Assembly: GCF_006345805.1 (NCBI RefSeq)
Contig: NC_043001.1
Location: 65,534,001 to 65,598,000 of the forward strand
DNA: 64,000 nt
Direction: 5' to 3'
From: Octopus sinensis
Taxonomy: Eukaryota
Shown here in pieces: positions 1 to 11,900 of this stretch. The notes under the pieces are model-generated. The model ran no database searches and was not told the DNA's origin. It saw only the letters and a program-made list of their open reading frames with translations. Position 1 is the stretch's first letter. The number at the start of each line of letters is the position of its first letter. Position numbers and translations under genes: made by a program.

Positions 1-1701
1 CAGGCACCCCCACCCTACTCATCTCCCTAACTTCTGATCATTCTGATCTGTAATCAGTCACCATCATGTATGACAGAAAGAAGAAAGGAAAAGAGAACGA
101 CAAAATTAACAATGACGAAGCGAACTCCCCTGATTTCGGCGGTCATTTACTGTCCGGGAAAGAATAACGCTGCTGATGATGTTCTTGCGTGACTGCTGTG
201 AGAAAGTGAACGACCTCACTTGAAACTCTGACAAGAAAGATAATCCTATTTTGGTAACGTTTGAGCGTTATGACAAAGAATTTTAAGTTTTCATTCGACC
301 GAGAGAATGAACACAACTATTCGAAAGGCTCCGTTTTTAGGGTCTCCTTCCTTCCGATTCTCGTAGGAAGTATTGCGCGTTATTGCGGAATATCACTTCC
401 ACTTAAATTTTTCCTATTTTCATGTGAAATTTTTCTCTGCTATCGATTATTGTCAAAGCTCTTAACCATACTTGGCATGTTTTCCTTAATGTATTCTAAT
501 TGCGATTACCCGCATTTTTTTAAAGTAAGGAGTACAACAATAACTGTACAAAACGAACATTGCTACCAGTTGTACAGTAGACTACAGTCCACGTAATAAC
601 GGTCAGATAGAAAATACACAACGTCGACCTTTGGAACACCATCTCTTTCTCATTGAAATCCAAGACTTGCATGTTTTTTTTATGTCCTTCAATTCATCAG
701 ATCTTTACTCTGCACCAACATCAACGTAACTCACCAGCAAAAGTTAGATACGGCACAACGCCTTCCTTGAACTGTGCTAATGCGAAATCACAACGTCAAT
801 GAAAAGACAATGTTTATGTCGGGAGATCGATTTATGAGAGTGTGTCCCACACTACGCAATATAATATTTTCCAAAAGTAAAAAGTAGAGTCTCAGTACGA
901 CATCTAGCTCCATCTGGCGGATCTCACAATAATCTTTCAAACTTCGATGAGCGAAGATTTACCTGTCTGTCCCACAACCATGCCTGAACTACTGAGGTAC
1001 AGAAGAATCACAAAGAAACAGCAAGACTACTGAAAACCTATGGGTTTAACCCTCGGAAATCTCTGCCGAATCAGCAAAGCCAACGAGAATATGCGAAATC
1101 CATCAAAAGTTACAAGAAACTTAGTTTGGCCTTATCTTTGTTCTACCTGATCCGCGAAAAATGTCGAAGTAGTCTCTTCCTCTGTCCATCTAGATAACGA
1201 GATTATCATAACTCATATTAACCAAAGGGTCCTACACTGTAGACATCCTATCATCTTCTTGCGGGGCGAATGCTATGTCCTACGTTTCATCTTTTCCATT
1301 TATATCTGTTAATCCATTGTTCCGTGCTTCACTAAACCAATACAATCGCTCATATCAAGTCTACTTCGTGATAACCTATACCAACTGTGTCTTTGAACTT
1401 CATTTAATGATGGAAACGCGAGGTTAGACTAGTGCAAGACTATCACTAATTTTCAATATTCGCTTTTTGTTTCCAAGTTCAAAGTCTATTAATGGAGGCA
1501 TTTATTACTTTTCCTTTGTCAAATAACCATCAATAACAATTTACTTGTTTACTTATTATATTTATATACGCATATTTTATTAAGTTCTCATAACAAACAC
1601 ATTATACAGATTAATCTATAATATACAATAACAGTGATTCAGTATATTTACTGTATATGGTAAGTGATTCAGAAGATGCTTATATACATTAAGAGTGATT
1701 C

Positions 1702-1702
1702 A

Positions 1703-1733
<31 letters not shown>

Positions 1734-1735
1734 CG

Positions 1736-1788
<53 letters not shown>
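1702..1788. repeat. (GT)n microsatellite, representative of dozens of (TA)n, (GT)n, (TACA)n, (TTA)n, (TCCA)n and (TATC)n tracts across the window
   Basis: Direct reading. These tracts explain most of the poly-YI/CV/HT ORFs in the track. Confidence 0.97.
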
Positions 1789-1790
<2 letters not shown>

Positions 1791-1850
1791 AAAGGGGTGA
1801 CAAGTTCAGAAAAGAAGCTACATCCGCTACACTATATTTAAAAGATTTTT

Positions 1851-1894
<44 letters not shown>

Positions 1895-2401
1895 TAGTAT
1901 TGTTGTTATACATACATACATACATACAAGCATACGTAATTATAATAATAATAAGTGGATGTAAACACATGAACAAAATAAGAATAAACAAAAATAACAA
2001 CAAAAACAAATTACATGAACGTATATAAACAGAAGATACAAATATTACAGGCATCCCCCACACACACTAAATAAACATAGACGCACATAGAGATATAAGC
2101 ATGCGCAAATGAAGACATACAATAGAAATACAAAATGGCTGACGGTTAGTAAAGAGAGACACAAATAAGAAAGAAGAAAACAAAAGACCACTGATGCGGT
2201 CACAGAAGTGTGACGAAAGAACTCTGTCCGAAATAAGATTAAGATTAATGTAAAAAACACTGAAGCAAAATAACACCAAATATATTGTGCGTGTGTCTTT
2301 ATTGGCTAAACTGGCAAAATGACCATTCCGAAATATAACAATATCTGTTTCAACACACGACTTCACACATAAAAAGTCTTGCACAACAAATATATATATA
2401 C

Positions 2402-2461
<60 letters not shown>

Positions 2462-3747
2462 TGTATTTATGCAAAATTAAGGATAAAACCATTTTCATGA
2501 GTTTATCTAGTTACCAACGTGTAATAAAACCATATAGGTAACAATTTATACTAATATATAATTATATAACATAATTATATTAAAGGATTCGCTGCGATAT
2601 TATTTTCATCGTAAAAGCACGTAGTTGAGATGAAAAATTTAGATTTAACTAGCGTATGGATGTAAATGTATGTATATAATCGTGCCGATATATGTTGTTC
2701 GTATGGACTTGTAAATATTTGCATTTATCAACTATAGGCATATTGTACTGATGACAGCAAGGGGTTTTACAATCCTAAACCAGAAATCGATCTACAATTA
2801 ACCATTTAAAAAAAAGGCTTATTCATTTATTCATCTGCTCGCTTGCAAGTGTGCTAACGGAGAGTAGATGTAGTTTTAGAGCCATTTGGCGTCTATTTCT
2901 AGCGTGTTGGTGGGGTTTATCCGCACCCTTTAATATAATTTTATTATATATTTATATATTAGTATGTGTGTGTGTGTATGTGTACGCACACGCATATCTA
3001 AATATTTACACATGCAAAATAACATAGGAAGATACATAAATACAATCATATTAACACATAGAAAGTGTACACACACATACACAATAAATATGTGTATACA
3101 TTCGTAGAAATAGACAAGTGTGTAAAATATATGCAAGCAAGAAAATGAAAAATGGAGAAAAGCAAGATAAATGACAGTAATTTAGGATGTGTTAAAAATT
3201 ATAGATAAATAAAAACGAGATATTTTATAATAAATGTCAATTTTTTAGAAGTGGGGAGCAATGAGATTTATGATAAAGTCCAAATAGGCTGTCGATATGG
3301 AATCATTTGGCAGGACATAAGGTACCTAGAAGAATGTCTTCCAAAACCTAGGAGTTCAACCAGTAATGAAAGCAAATAAATATTTAAATTTCCCTGCATC
3401 ATGATATGAAATGTCAGATTTTTATTTCTCCGGATCTAACCAATGTTCATTTGCTACCATTACTGGTTGCATATTCTGGTGAACTACATTTTGCCAAACA
3501 TATGAAGTAACTCCGAGCCTTCAGAAACTACTGTCGGACTTGTAATACCATACCTTCTCCCTTATAATTGCCTGCGTCTTTTGTACTCAGTTTAAGTATG
3601 CACTGTTAATATATATCTATATATTTACGCATCATTTGAACATTTTCAGTTGTGTTGTTTCTCTATTTTCATACATACATACATACATACACGCATTTTA
3701 TATCAGACCCAAGCAGTTTTATTTGTTTACTTGCGTCATTCTCTGCG

Positions 3748-3780
<33 letters not shown>

Positions 3781-3970
3781 CTAGAGGCGATGGCCTCTTG
3801 GAGCTAATTAACAGCAGCATTCGTCCTATATTTCTGGACTGCCATGTTAGCTTGGCGATAACAATTAATATCCAGTACCGCTGCCGTAGTCACCTTTAGA
3901 GAGACTTAGAAATTTTAATATATATATATATATATGTGTGTATATATATATGTGTATATATATATATATG

Positions 3971-4002
<32 letters not shown>

Positions 4003-4005
4003 TAT

Positions 4006-4046
4006 ACTAGCATTATGACCCGTCGTTGCCGGGTCATAGTGCTAGT
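4006..4046. mobile_element. Isolated Helitron-like 3' terminal hairpin with CTAG on both arms
   Basis: ACTAGCATTATGACCCG-tcgttgc-CGGGTCATAGTGCTAGT: 17-bp stem with one G:T pair. Resembles the Helitron 3' ends at 19764, 33739 and 40878. Confidence 0.5.
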
Positions 4047-5299
4047 GCATGTATATATGTGTATATATATATGTGTACATATTACATGTACATCTATATC
4101 TATACATCTACACATAAAATACAAAATACAAAGTTATATCTTGATATCGCTAGTGATAACAATACTCAAAATATATAACAGACTGGAATTGTAGGCCCGT
4201 CTCTTGCAATTTCGATCATTTGATTCTTGTCCTCCCTCTTGTATAGAAGTGTGGCTACAAGCCAGCCTACCTCTACTTCTGGGGGGAGGGAGCATTTTAA
4301 AGTTTTTATCCGGACGTCCTACGTCCCAGATATAAAGGTAAAAATATATTTCCACTTTGCAAGGTTCGAGTCGAGTACTCCCTTGCATGCTCCGTTGACT
4401 CGAACCTTACTTCTATCGTGGCGAATTTACCGCCTCTGGTTAGACATCTTTCATAGTCGCACCAAGACACTTTTCGATGGTGCTTTCCTCCCTATGTTCA
4501 AATCTTTTTTTTCTCTACATTGTATACTTTATAGACAATAGTCTTTTCTTTAATTTAATTTTTTATTTCGTTTGGTGGTGTTATCCTAGATTCACCGTCT
4601 TTGTCGGTGATCATTCTGAAATAGGTTTGTATTTCTTCCATTTTAATTTTAATGAGTGCGCGCCCGCCGACGGCTGCAGCGAAATTCATTTTTGGACTTT
4701 CTTCTATCGAAGGCATTCTAACAAATATGCTTCCGTATAAACGGTGAAAATATTGTCAATTTCCCCAAACAGGGACACAATTCAATTTTTAAACAATAAT
4801 CAAAGCTCCTTCTCCCAAAGGGGGAGGGTTACAGTTTACAAATATTTAACAAATGCAACACAACAACGTTTCCCTTACGAGGAACCAATAAACGTGATAA
4901 CAATAGTTAAACAGTAATAATAATAACAACAAACCTTACGGTGAATCAAAAAGCAGTACGCAGTTGAAGCTATAGTTCTTTATGTATAAGAAATAAACCA
5001 GCAGCAGTACTCAGTAGGAGCGGCTGTTCGAGAAAACAGACATTACATACAGCCAAACTTAATATAGATACTTAATGTTAGCTAATTAGCAGATAATCTA
5101 ATGTAAAAGCCGTGGTAAAAGGTATGTGCACAGCTCCATCTGGACTATTCCATTTCTGCACGCTAATCTTATTTTTAATTTATTTCCATTGATGCAATTT
5201 TATACCAGTTGCTATCTTTACTTTTGTTATGTTACGATTTAATTATTATATTATACTTTAGTTTGATTTTAATTATTACTTACTACATATAATTCAATT

Positions 5300-5586
5300 G
5301 TTATTATTATCTCTAATTTTTATTGTTAAAGTGAAAGTATCTGACATAAAATAGTGAAATATTTTTGTTTCACTTTTAACACGTAATACTGAAATAGCGG
5401 AGAAGATATGATATTGCTATGGGATCGCCCTAGGCAAGAAGTTGAACATTCTTTTTGCCCATGAAACTACATGGACCCTAAGTAAGGCATGTGTAAAATT
5501 TGAATGAAATTAGTTGTGTAGTTCTCAAGTTTTAGGGAAACACACAGACAGACAGACACACACACATTCTCAGTTTTATATATATA

Positions 5587-5590
<4 letters not shown>
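5300..5590 (-). mobile_element. Non-autonomous Helitron 5' portion (truncated)
   Basis: Minus strand starts TATATATAAAACTGAGAATGTGTGTGTCTGTCTGTC, like the 5' ends at 20269 and 34130. No matching CTAG end found. Confidence 0.45.
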
Positions 5591-5626
<36 letters not shown>

Positions 5627-5890
5627 TAAGGGTGAGAGAATTAGATACTAATTTAATAGTATATTTATTCAACACCAAGTGGCCTAGTGCTACGAGAACC
5701 TGGATTATTATAATATTTTATAACATATTATAATATTTTTACAAAATAAATATAAGAGAGTGGTCACTATATTGCTCACTCTAGCACCAGTTAATCCAAA
5801 AGGTTTCAACCACGAAAATACATGTTTCCCATGAAAGTCAGTACGACTGTTAGCTCACACGGACAGGGCAAATAAAAAATAACAAAAATA

Positions 5891-5985
5891 CAGATTATTT
5901 TGGGACAATTGTTTCGCTATTAATGAATTAAATGTAATATTACTTACAAAAAATCCATTTGTAGCTCGTCAGCCAAGACTATCTG
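5891..5985 (-). ncRNA. Type I hammerhead ribozyme (monomer 1)
   Basis: Reverse complement of the motif at 7002-7096, with intact core and ACAATTGT helix III. Confidence 0.85.
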
Positions 5986-6424
5986 GATGAAATCCACTCA
6001 ATCACACGCCAGATTTTACCATAACGATAAATACGCGTGTGGTTCAATTGATTACATCCGACGTTATAATTCAAATGCCCCAACCAACAGCGCGCCAAAC
6101 TTTCACGGAAAACAAATACAGCATTTAGAAATAAATGCAGCATAATTATAATTAATTAATAAGGGTGAGAGAATTAGATACTAATTTAATAGTATATTTA
6201 TTCAACACCAAGTGGCCTAGTGCTACGAGAAACCTGGATTATTATAATATTTTATAACATATTATAATATTTTTACAAAATAAATATAAGAGAGTGGTCA
6301 CTATATTGCTCACTCTAGCACCAGTTAATCCAAAAGGTTTCAACCACGAAAATACATGTTTCCCATGAAAGTCAGTACGACTGTTAGCTCACACGGACAG
6401 GGCAAATAAAAAATAACAAAAATA

Positions 6425-6518
6425 CAGATTATTTTGGGACAATGTTTCGCTATTAATGAATTAAATGTAATATTACTTACAAAAAATCCATTTGTAGCTC
6501 GTCAGCCAAGACTATCTG
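6425..6518 (-). ncRNA. Type I hammerhead ribozyme (monomer 2; 1-nt deletion in helix III)
   Basis: Same motif, but plus strand reads GACAATGTTTC instead of GACAATTGTTTC. Confidence 0.75.
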
Positions 6519-7001
6519 GATGAAATCCACTCAATCACACGCCAGATTTTACCATAACGATAAATACGCGTGTGGTTCAATTGATTACATCCGACGTTAT
6601 AATTCAAATGCCCCAACCAACAGCGCGCCAAACTTTCACGGAAAACAAATACAGCATTTAGAAATAAATGCAGCATAAAAATATTTGTAAAAATATTTGT
6701 AAAAATATTTGTAAAAATATTATAATATGTTATAAAATATTATAATAATCCAGGTTTCTCGTAGCACTAGGCCACTTGGTGTTGAATAAATATACTATTA
6801 AATTAGTATCTAATTCTCTCACCCTTATTAATTAATTATAATTATGCTGCATTTATTTCTAAATGCTGTATTTGTTTTCCGTGAAAGTTTGGCGCGCTGT
6901 TGGTTGGGGCATTTGAATTATAACGTCGGATGTAATCAATTGAACCACACGCGTATTTATCGTTATGGTAAAATCTGGCGTGTGATTGAGTGGATTTCAT
7001 C

Positions 7002-7096
7002 CAGATAGTCTTGGCTGACGAGCTACAAATGGATTTTTTGTAAGTAATATTACATTTAATTCATTAATAGCGAAACAATTGTCCCAAAATAATCTG
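7002..7096 (+). ncRNA. Type I hammerhead ribozyme (inverted monomer)
   Basis: Helix I CAGAT..TTGG / CCAA..ATCTG; core CTGACGA 7015-7021; helix II GCTA/TAGC enclosing 42 nt; GAAAC 7072-7076; palindromic helix III ACAATTGT; GTC cleavage triplet 7081-7083. Confidence 0.88.
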
Positions 7097-7238
7097 TATT
7101 TTTGTTATTTTTTATTTGCCCTGTCCGTGTGAGCTAACAGTCGTACTGACTTTCATGGGAAACATGTATTTTCGTGGTTGAAACCTTTTGGATTAACTGG
7201 TGCTAGAGTGAGCAATATAGTGACCACTCTCTTATATT

Positions 7239-7317
<79 letters not shown>

Positions 7318-7629
7318 CATACATATATACATCAGTGATTTGAAACTCTCTTTAAACTACCACATCCTTTCTATTATTAACACTTTACCAACGTCCCACC
7401 CTGTTTATACGTAATATTTGGCCAGAGTAACTTCCGGGTAAAAGTTTGACGCAAGTGACTACTTACCACAACACCTCCCTACTATCAGCGGAAACTATAA
7501 ACATAGGTGGTATATATTCGGTTTTGCTTCTAAATCATATTTCGAAGTCTATAATTATTGTTGTTGATGTTATTGTTATTCACGTTGTTGTGATTGTTGC
7601 TGACAAACGGTTTATTATAATAATATCTA

Positions 7630-7760
7630 ATTATTTTTTCAACCACGTGGTTTCGAGTTCAGTCCCACTGTGCGGCACCATTTACCAGAGCCCCGGGCCG
7701 ATTAATGCCTTGTAAGTAAATTTGGTAGACAGAAGGTGTGTGGAAGCCAGTCGTATATAT
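7630..7760 (+). mobile_element. Partial tRNA-derived SINE (family A, octopus OK/OR-like)
   Basis: GGTTTCGAGTTCAGTCCCACTG...GGGCCGA...GGTAGAC matches the complete copies in this window. Confidence 0.7.
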
Positions 7761-8246
7761 AAATGTATATATAACCATTTATGCATCACAATTAATATAA
7801 ATACGTGATAGATACAATGTACTGTAGTATTCATGCGAGGTAATATCTCTTGTGGACGTTTTGTTTAAAAACACATGTATATAACGGAGGCAGACGAAAG
7901 TGTGTGTGTGTTTGTGTGTGTGTTCATGTATGTGTTCACCAGTTAGAGACTAGTAATAAACCAGAGGAACAGAGTAGACCCCTGTGTGATAATCGTAATG
8001 AAGGGAAAGAAGCTGATTGAACTGGCAGAAACAGAGGGAATCAGGAAGGTTCCTAACCATTATTCACTACTCAGAAATTAGTTGCTATGGTTGTTGTTGT
8101 TGTTCTTATTTTAGCTTTACATAAATGTATAAATTTCATAATTGTTGATGATGTTGTTTTGTCTTAATTGTTGCTGTTGTTGATGGTGATACTGTTTTAT
8201 TCTTATACAAATGATGTGAAGACATAAATTTCTTTTAATCTGAAAC

Positions 8247-8630
8247 AGGCGCAGGAGCGGCTGTGTGGTAAGTAGCTTGCTAACCAGCCACATGGTTGCG
8301 GGTTCAGTCCCACTGCGTGGCACCTTGGGCAAGTGTCTTCTATTATAGCCTCGGGCCGACCAATGCCTTGTGAGTGGATTTGGTAGACGGAAACTGAAAG
8401 AAGCCTGTCGTATATATATATATGTATGTGTTTGTGTGTCTGTGTTTGTACCCCTAGCATTGCTTGACAACCGATGCTGGTGTGTTTACGTCCCCGTTAC
8501 TTAGCGGTTCGGCAAAAGAGACCGATAGAATAAGTACTGGGCTTACAAAGAATAAGTCCCGGGGTCGATTTGCTCGACTAAAGGTGGTGCTCCAGCATGG
8601 CCGCAGTCAAATGACTGAAACAAGTAAAAG
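8247..8630 (+). mobile_element. tRNA-derived SINE, family A, full length
   Basis: AGGCGCAGGAG.GGCTGTGTGGTAAGTAGCTTG head with B-box-like GGTTCAGTCCC, internal microsatellite, and tail CAGCATGGCCGCAGTCAAATGACTGAAACAAGTAAAAG. At least 6 copies in the window. Confidence 0.9.
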
Positions 8631-9663
8631 AGAGAGAGAGAGATTACTGTACGTAAACGTCATTTCTCATGATTTTCTCACTGGGAAACATTTCAATGAC
8701 TTTGAATTTCTGCTGTTTGTTTGTATGTCTCTCTCTCTGTCTCTCTCTGTCTCTCTGTCCCTACCTCCTCCTCTCTTCACTCCCCTACCCTCCTCTCGTC
8801 ACTCCCCCTCGTCACTCCCTTCCCCTCCTCCTCTCTTTCTACCTTCCTTCCTCTCTCCTTCTCTCTCTCTCCTTTCCACTCCCTATGTTTCATCCTCTCT
8901 TTCAAAACTCCGTTGAAGGAATTACTTAGCTCTGCAAAAACACTCATAACATTTTTACCTTCATTCTTCAAGTTGTAAAGCGAGTAACATTGTCAGCTAC
9001 CTTGATTGTCACCCTATCGATAACACGATCAATATATTGATCGCTTCATTTATTCATTTAATTAACAATCTCAACTAATTACTAAAAATTTCACCCGTTT
9101 ATATTCTTCCATGCATTAAAAAAATTGTAGGTATTGTGTTTCAGTAGTGGTAGTCACTGTCGGTGGTTCGAACCCAGTAACTAAAAATAATTATTTCCGC
9201 TGTTATCATGGCCGTATGTTGCCTCTTTCATCAGTCATCAGAGCTTGGCTGCCAGAATCGGTAGAGCGTCCCACAAAACGTTTTACAGTATTTAGTTTCG
9301 GGCCATTAAATTTTTATTTCAGATCCTATTGAGGTCAACTTTGCCTGGCATCCTCCCTCTGAGATAGATAAAATAAGTACCCTTCATGTACTGGGTCCTT
9401 ATAAGGGGAACTATACACGCTCATCCCACTACAATTCTTGGCATTGTGTCTGAGCCAGAAATGATTACTTATTGTAATCATTCCACAAACTGCTGGTGTT
9501 TTTGTTGTTTTTATTTTTTCTCATGCAATGATGTGAAAACCTTAAAGGTGCGACTGTGTTGCAAGATAAACTACTGTGTGTGTGTAAAAGACACTCACAC
9601 ACATATATAATATATATATATATATAGTAATATATGCGTATGCACATATACATATATATATAT

Positions 9664-10307
9664 ATCACAATCAAGGAACGGCCATAATAGGCCATTCACC
9701 CACTAGAAATAACAGCCAAAGCTTCAACCGCAAAATAACATTAATTCCGCAAACCAGGAGAAAATTAAAAAAACATTTACCCTGTAATTTCTTATACGAT
9801 GCACCGTTTCATCTACTGTTTAATGGTAAACTAACCCGATTAAATTAAATCAAGCCAATCTTCCATAGGCCCTTAGATTCGTCAGTAAGAAATAGCCAGA
9901 TCGGAACAGATATTTTCACGAGGCATTTCTGTCCCTGCCTCGGCAATATCTGACCTAAAATTTTCAAATCATCGCACTCGCGCCAAATTTATCGGCAGCA
10001 AATAAATATAAGCCGCCGATTCCATTACGGAATCAACCAGAAAATTCATAATTAATCAATATAGGGTGGCAAAAAAATTTTGTAGAATTTTTTGCCACCA
10101 GCGGCCTAGTGGGAAAAAATTAAATAGTCATAGACCATTTATAAGTTCAACATCACAATCAAGGAACAGGGTAAATGTTTTTTAATTTTCTCCTGGTTTG
10201 CGGAATTAATGTTATTTTGCGGTTGAAGCTTTGGCTGTTATTTCTAGTGGGTGAATGGCCTATTATGGCCGTTCCTTGATTGTGATGTTGAACTTATAAA
10301 TGGTCTA
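9664..10307. mobile_element. Second hammerhead-bearing non-coding retroelement: one 488-bp monomer with 16-bp terminal redundancy plus a 142-bp inverted arm crossing the monomer junction
   Basis: ATCACAATCAAGGAAC at 9664 and 10152. 10166-10307 is the reverse complement of (10131-10151 joined to 9664-9785). Confidence 0.85.
9787..9893 (-). ncRNA. Type I hammerhead ribozyme
   Basis: Minus strand: helix I ATTTCTTA/TAAGAAAT (8 bp, perfect); CTGACGA; helix II ATCTA/TAGAT enclosing 58 nt; GAAAC; near-palindromic helix III ACGGTGCATCGT; GTA cleavage triplet, cut between 9795 and 9794. Confidence 0.9.
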
Positions 10308-10554
10308 AAACATATATATATATATATACACAAGCGCACGTACGCACACACATATACACATACAGAGATTGGTAGATGGATAGATGAATACTGATAAGTG
10401 TGTGTATGTATATACACGGACATACGTACGTGTGTATGTGTGCGTATATATATATGCATGTGTCTACACACACACACACATATACCTATATATATGCATC
10501 TAAACACGCACACATACTCATATATCTAAACACTGCTTTTCGCTAATGCTTCGT

Positions 10555-10618
<64 letters not shown>

Positions 10619-10935
10619 ACATACATACATATATGTGTGTGTGCGTGTATGTATGTATGTCTGTATATATACATATATCTTTGTATGTATGTATGTATAT
10701 ATGTATGTATGTATATTCTATGTCAGTAATATAACATTTCCTAAAATGTAGAAAGAACCTGTTAAATATAAAACGTCGTTAATTCTAAGACAAATAAAAT
10801 GTGTTATACGTTGGGTCTTGTAGTGTTTGCTTCTGAAATCGAGTCGAGCCAATTCAGGCAACAGGATGAGGGATATTTCAATTTCTTTCTTTCTTTCTTT
10901 CTTTCTTTCCTTTGTTGTTGTTGTTGTTATTGTTA

Positions 10936-10976
<41 letters not shown>

Positions 10977-11579
10977 ATTTGTTGTTGTCCCCACGGTTTT
11001 CTACGATATAACCCCACCAAAAGTTGGAATTTACCACGATTTATTTGAAGAAGGGCAAGTTTTTCTTGTTTTGTTTTCTAAAGAAAGGACTTCGGGACGT
11101 TTAGACGTCCGCCCCATTACCTGACGTTTAGGCATTTATGCCATTAGAATTTTTTTTATATATAGTAATCTAATATGGTTTCGACTAAGAAAGTAGGAAG
11201 AGATACTAGCAACAGACGAGGTAGAACGGATTGCGCCCCCAAAGAAAAATGTCTGAAAACAATAATATAGTGAAAAAATAAAATCAAAAGACTGAAAATA
11301 AATAGATTTAAATGTGTGAACATAGCAAATATTTAGAATTGAATAAAAGATATTTCTAATAGCGTAAGTATAAGAGCAATAACGGCAGTTTAGCTAGCAT
11401 AGCTAATCAGAGGAAGAAATCCGATATAGACTGATCAGAAAAGAAAAGTATATGGAAGAAGTATAATGGAAGGGATAGTGCCTCCTATTCAGAATATATT
11501 GAAGAACGGATAAAGAGGGGGAAATTACATAACGTTTTTCTGTCACAAAAAAAAGTCTGAATAAATCATGGCAGATCTA

Positions 11580-11900
11580 AGATATGTCTCCACTATAAGT
11601 GTTTACGATCGAAGACGAAGGTAACAAGCAAAATGAGTACATCTCTCATCTACTTAACGGCTACAACGTCAATATATGGGGAAATGAACTACAAAGGTCA
11701 CAGTTAAGGACATAGATGGTCATGTGGAACCTTGGCTTGTCGTCATCTTTGTGAGACTCTTCGGTCAGTTGTTGACAGGAAAGATGGCACAATAACATTT
11801 AGTGGGGTAACATTTAGACAGACATACAAGTTTTGATCAATTTCCTACCCCAAAAGACTATAGACTTTTTTTAAAGCTGTACCCTGTTGTGGGGCAGGAA
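11580..11900 (+). pseudogene. Possible highly decayed LINE apurinic-endonuclease fragment
   Basis: Scattered peptides ISVY, LLNGYNVNIWG and DGTITF resemble APE motifs; many stops. Confidence 0.25.

Larger units (their letters stand above)
5620..7244. mobile_element. Hammerhead-bearing non-coding retroelement (retrozyme / Penelope pLTR-like): two direct ~533-bp monomers plus one inverted, circularly permuted monomer
   Basis: AATTAATAAGGGTGAG recurs at 5621 and 6154 (period 533). 6708-7244 is the reverse complement of one full monomer opened at a different phase. One HHR per monomer and no ORF. Confidence 0.85.

Noticed and set aside
100-1400. Possible ancient LINE (ADDV near 170, YSAPT, KLDTAQR)
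   Set aside because: Motifs are too scattered and interrupted to support a call without a profile search.
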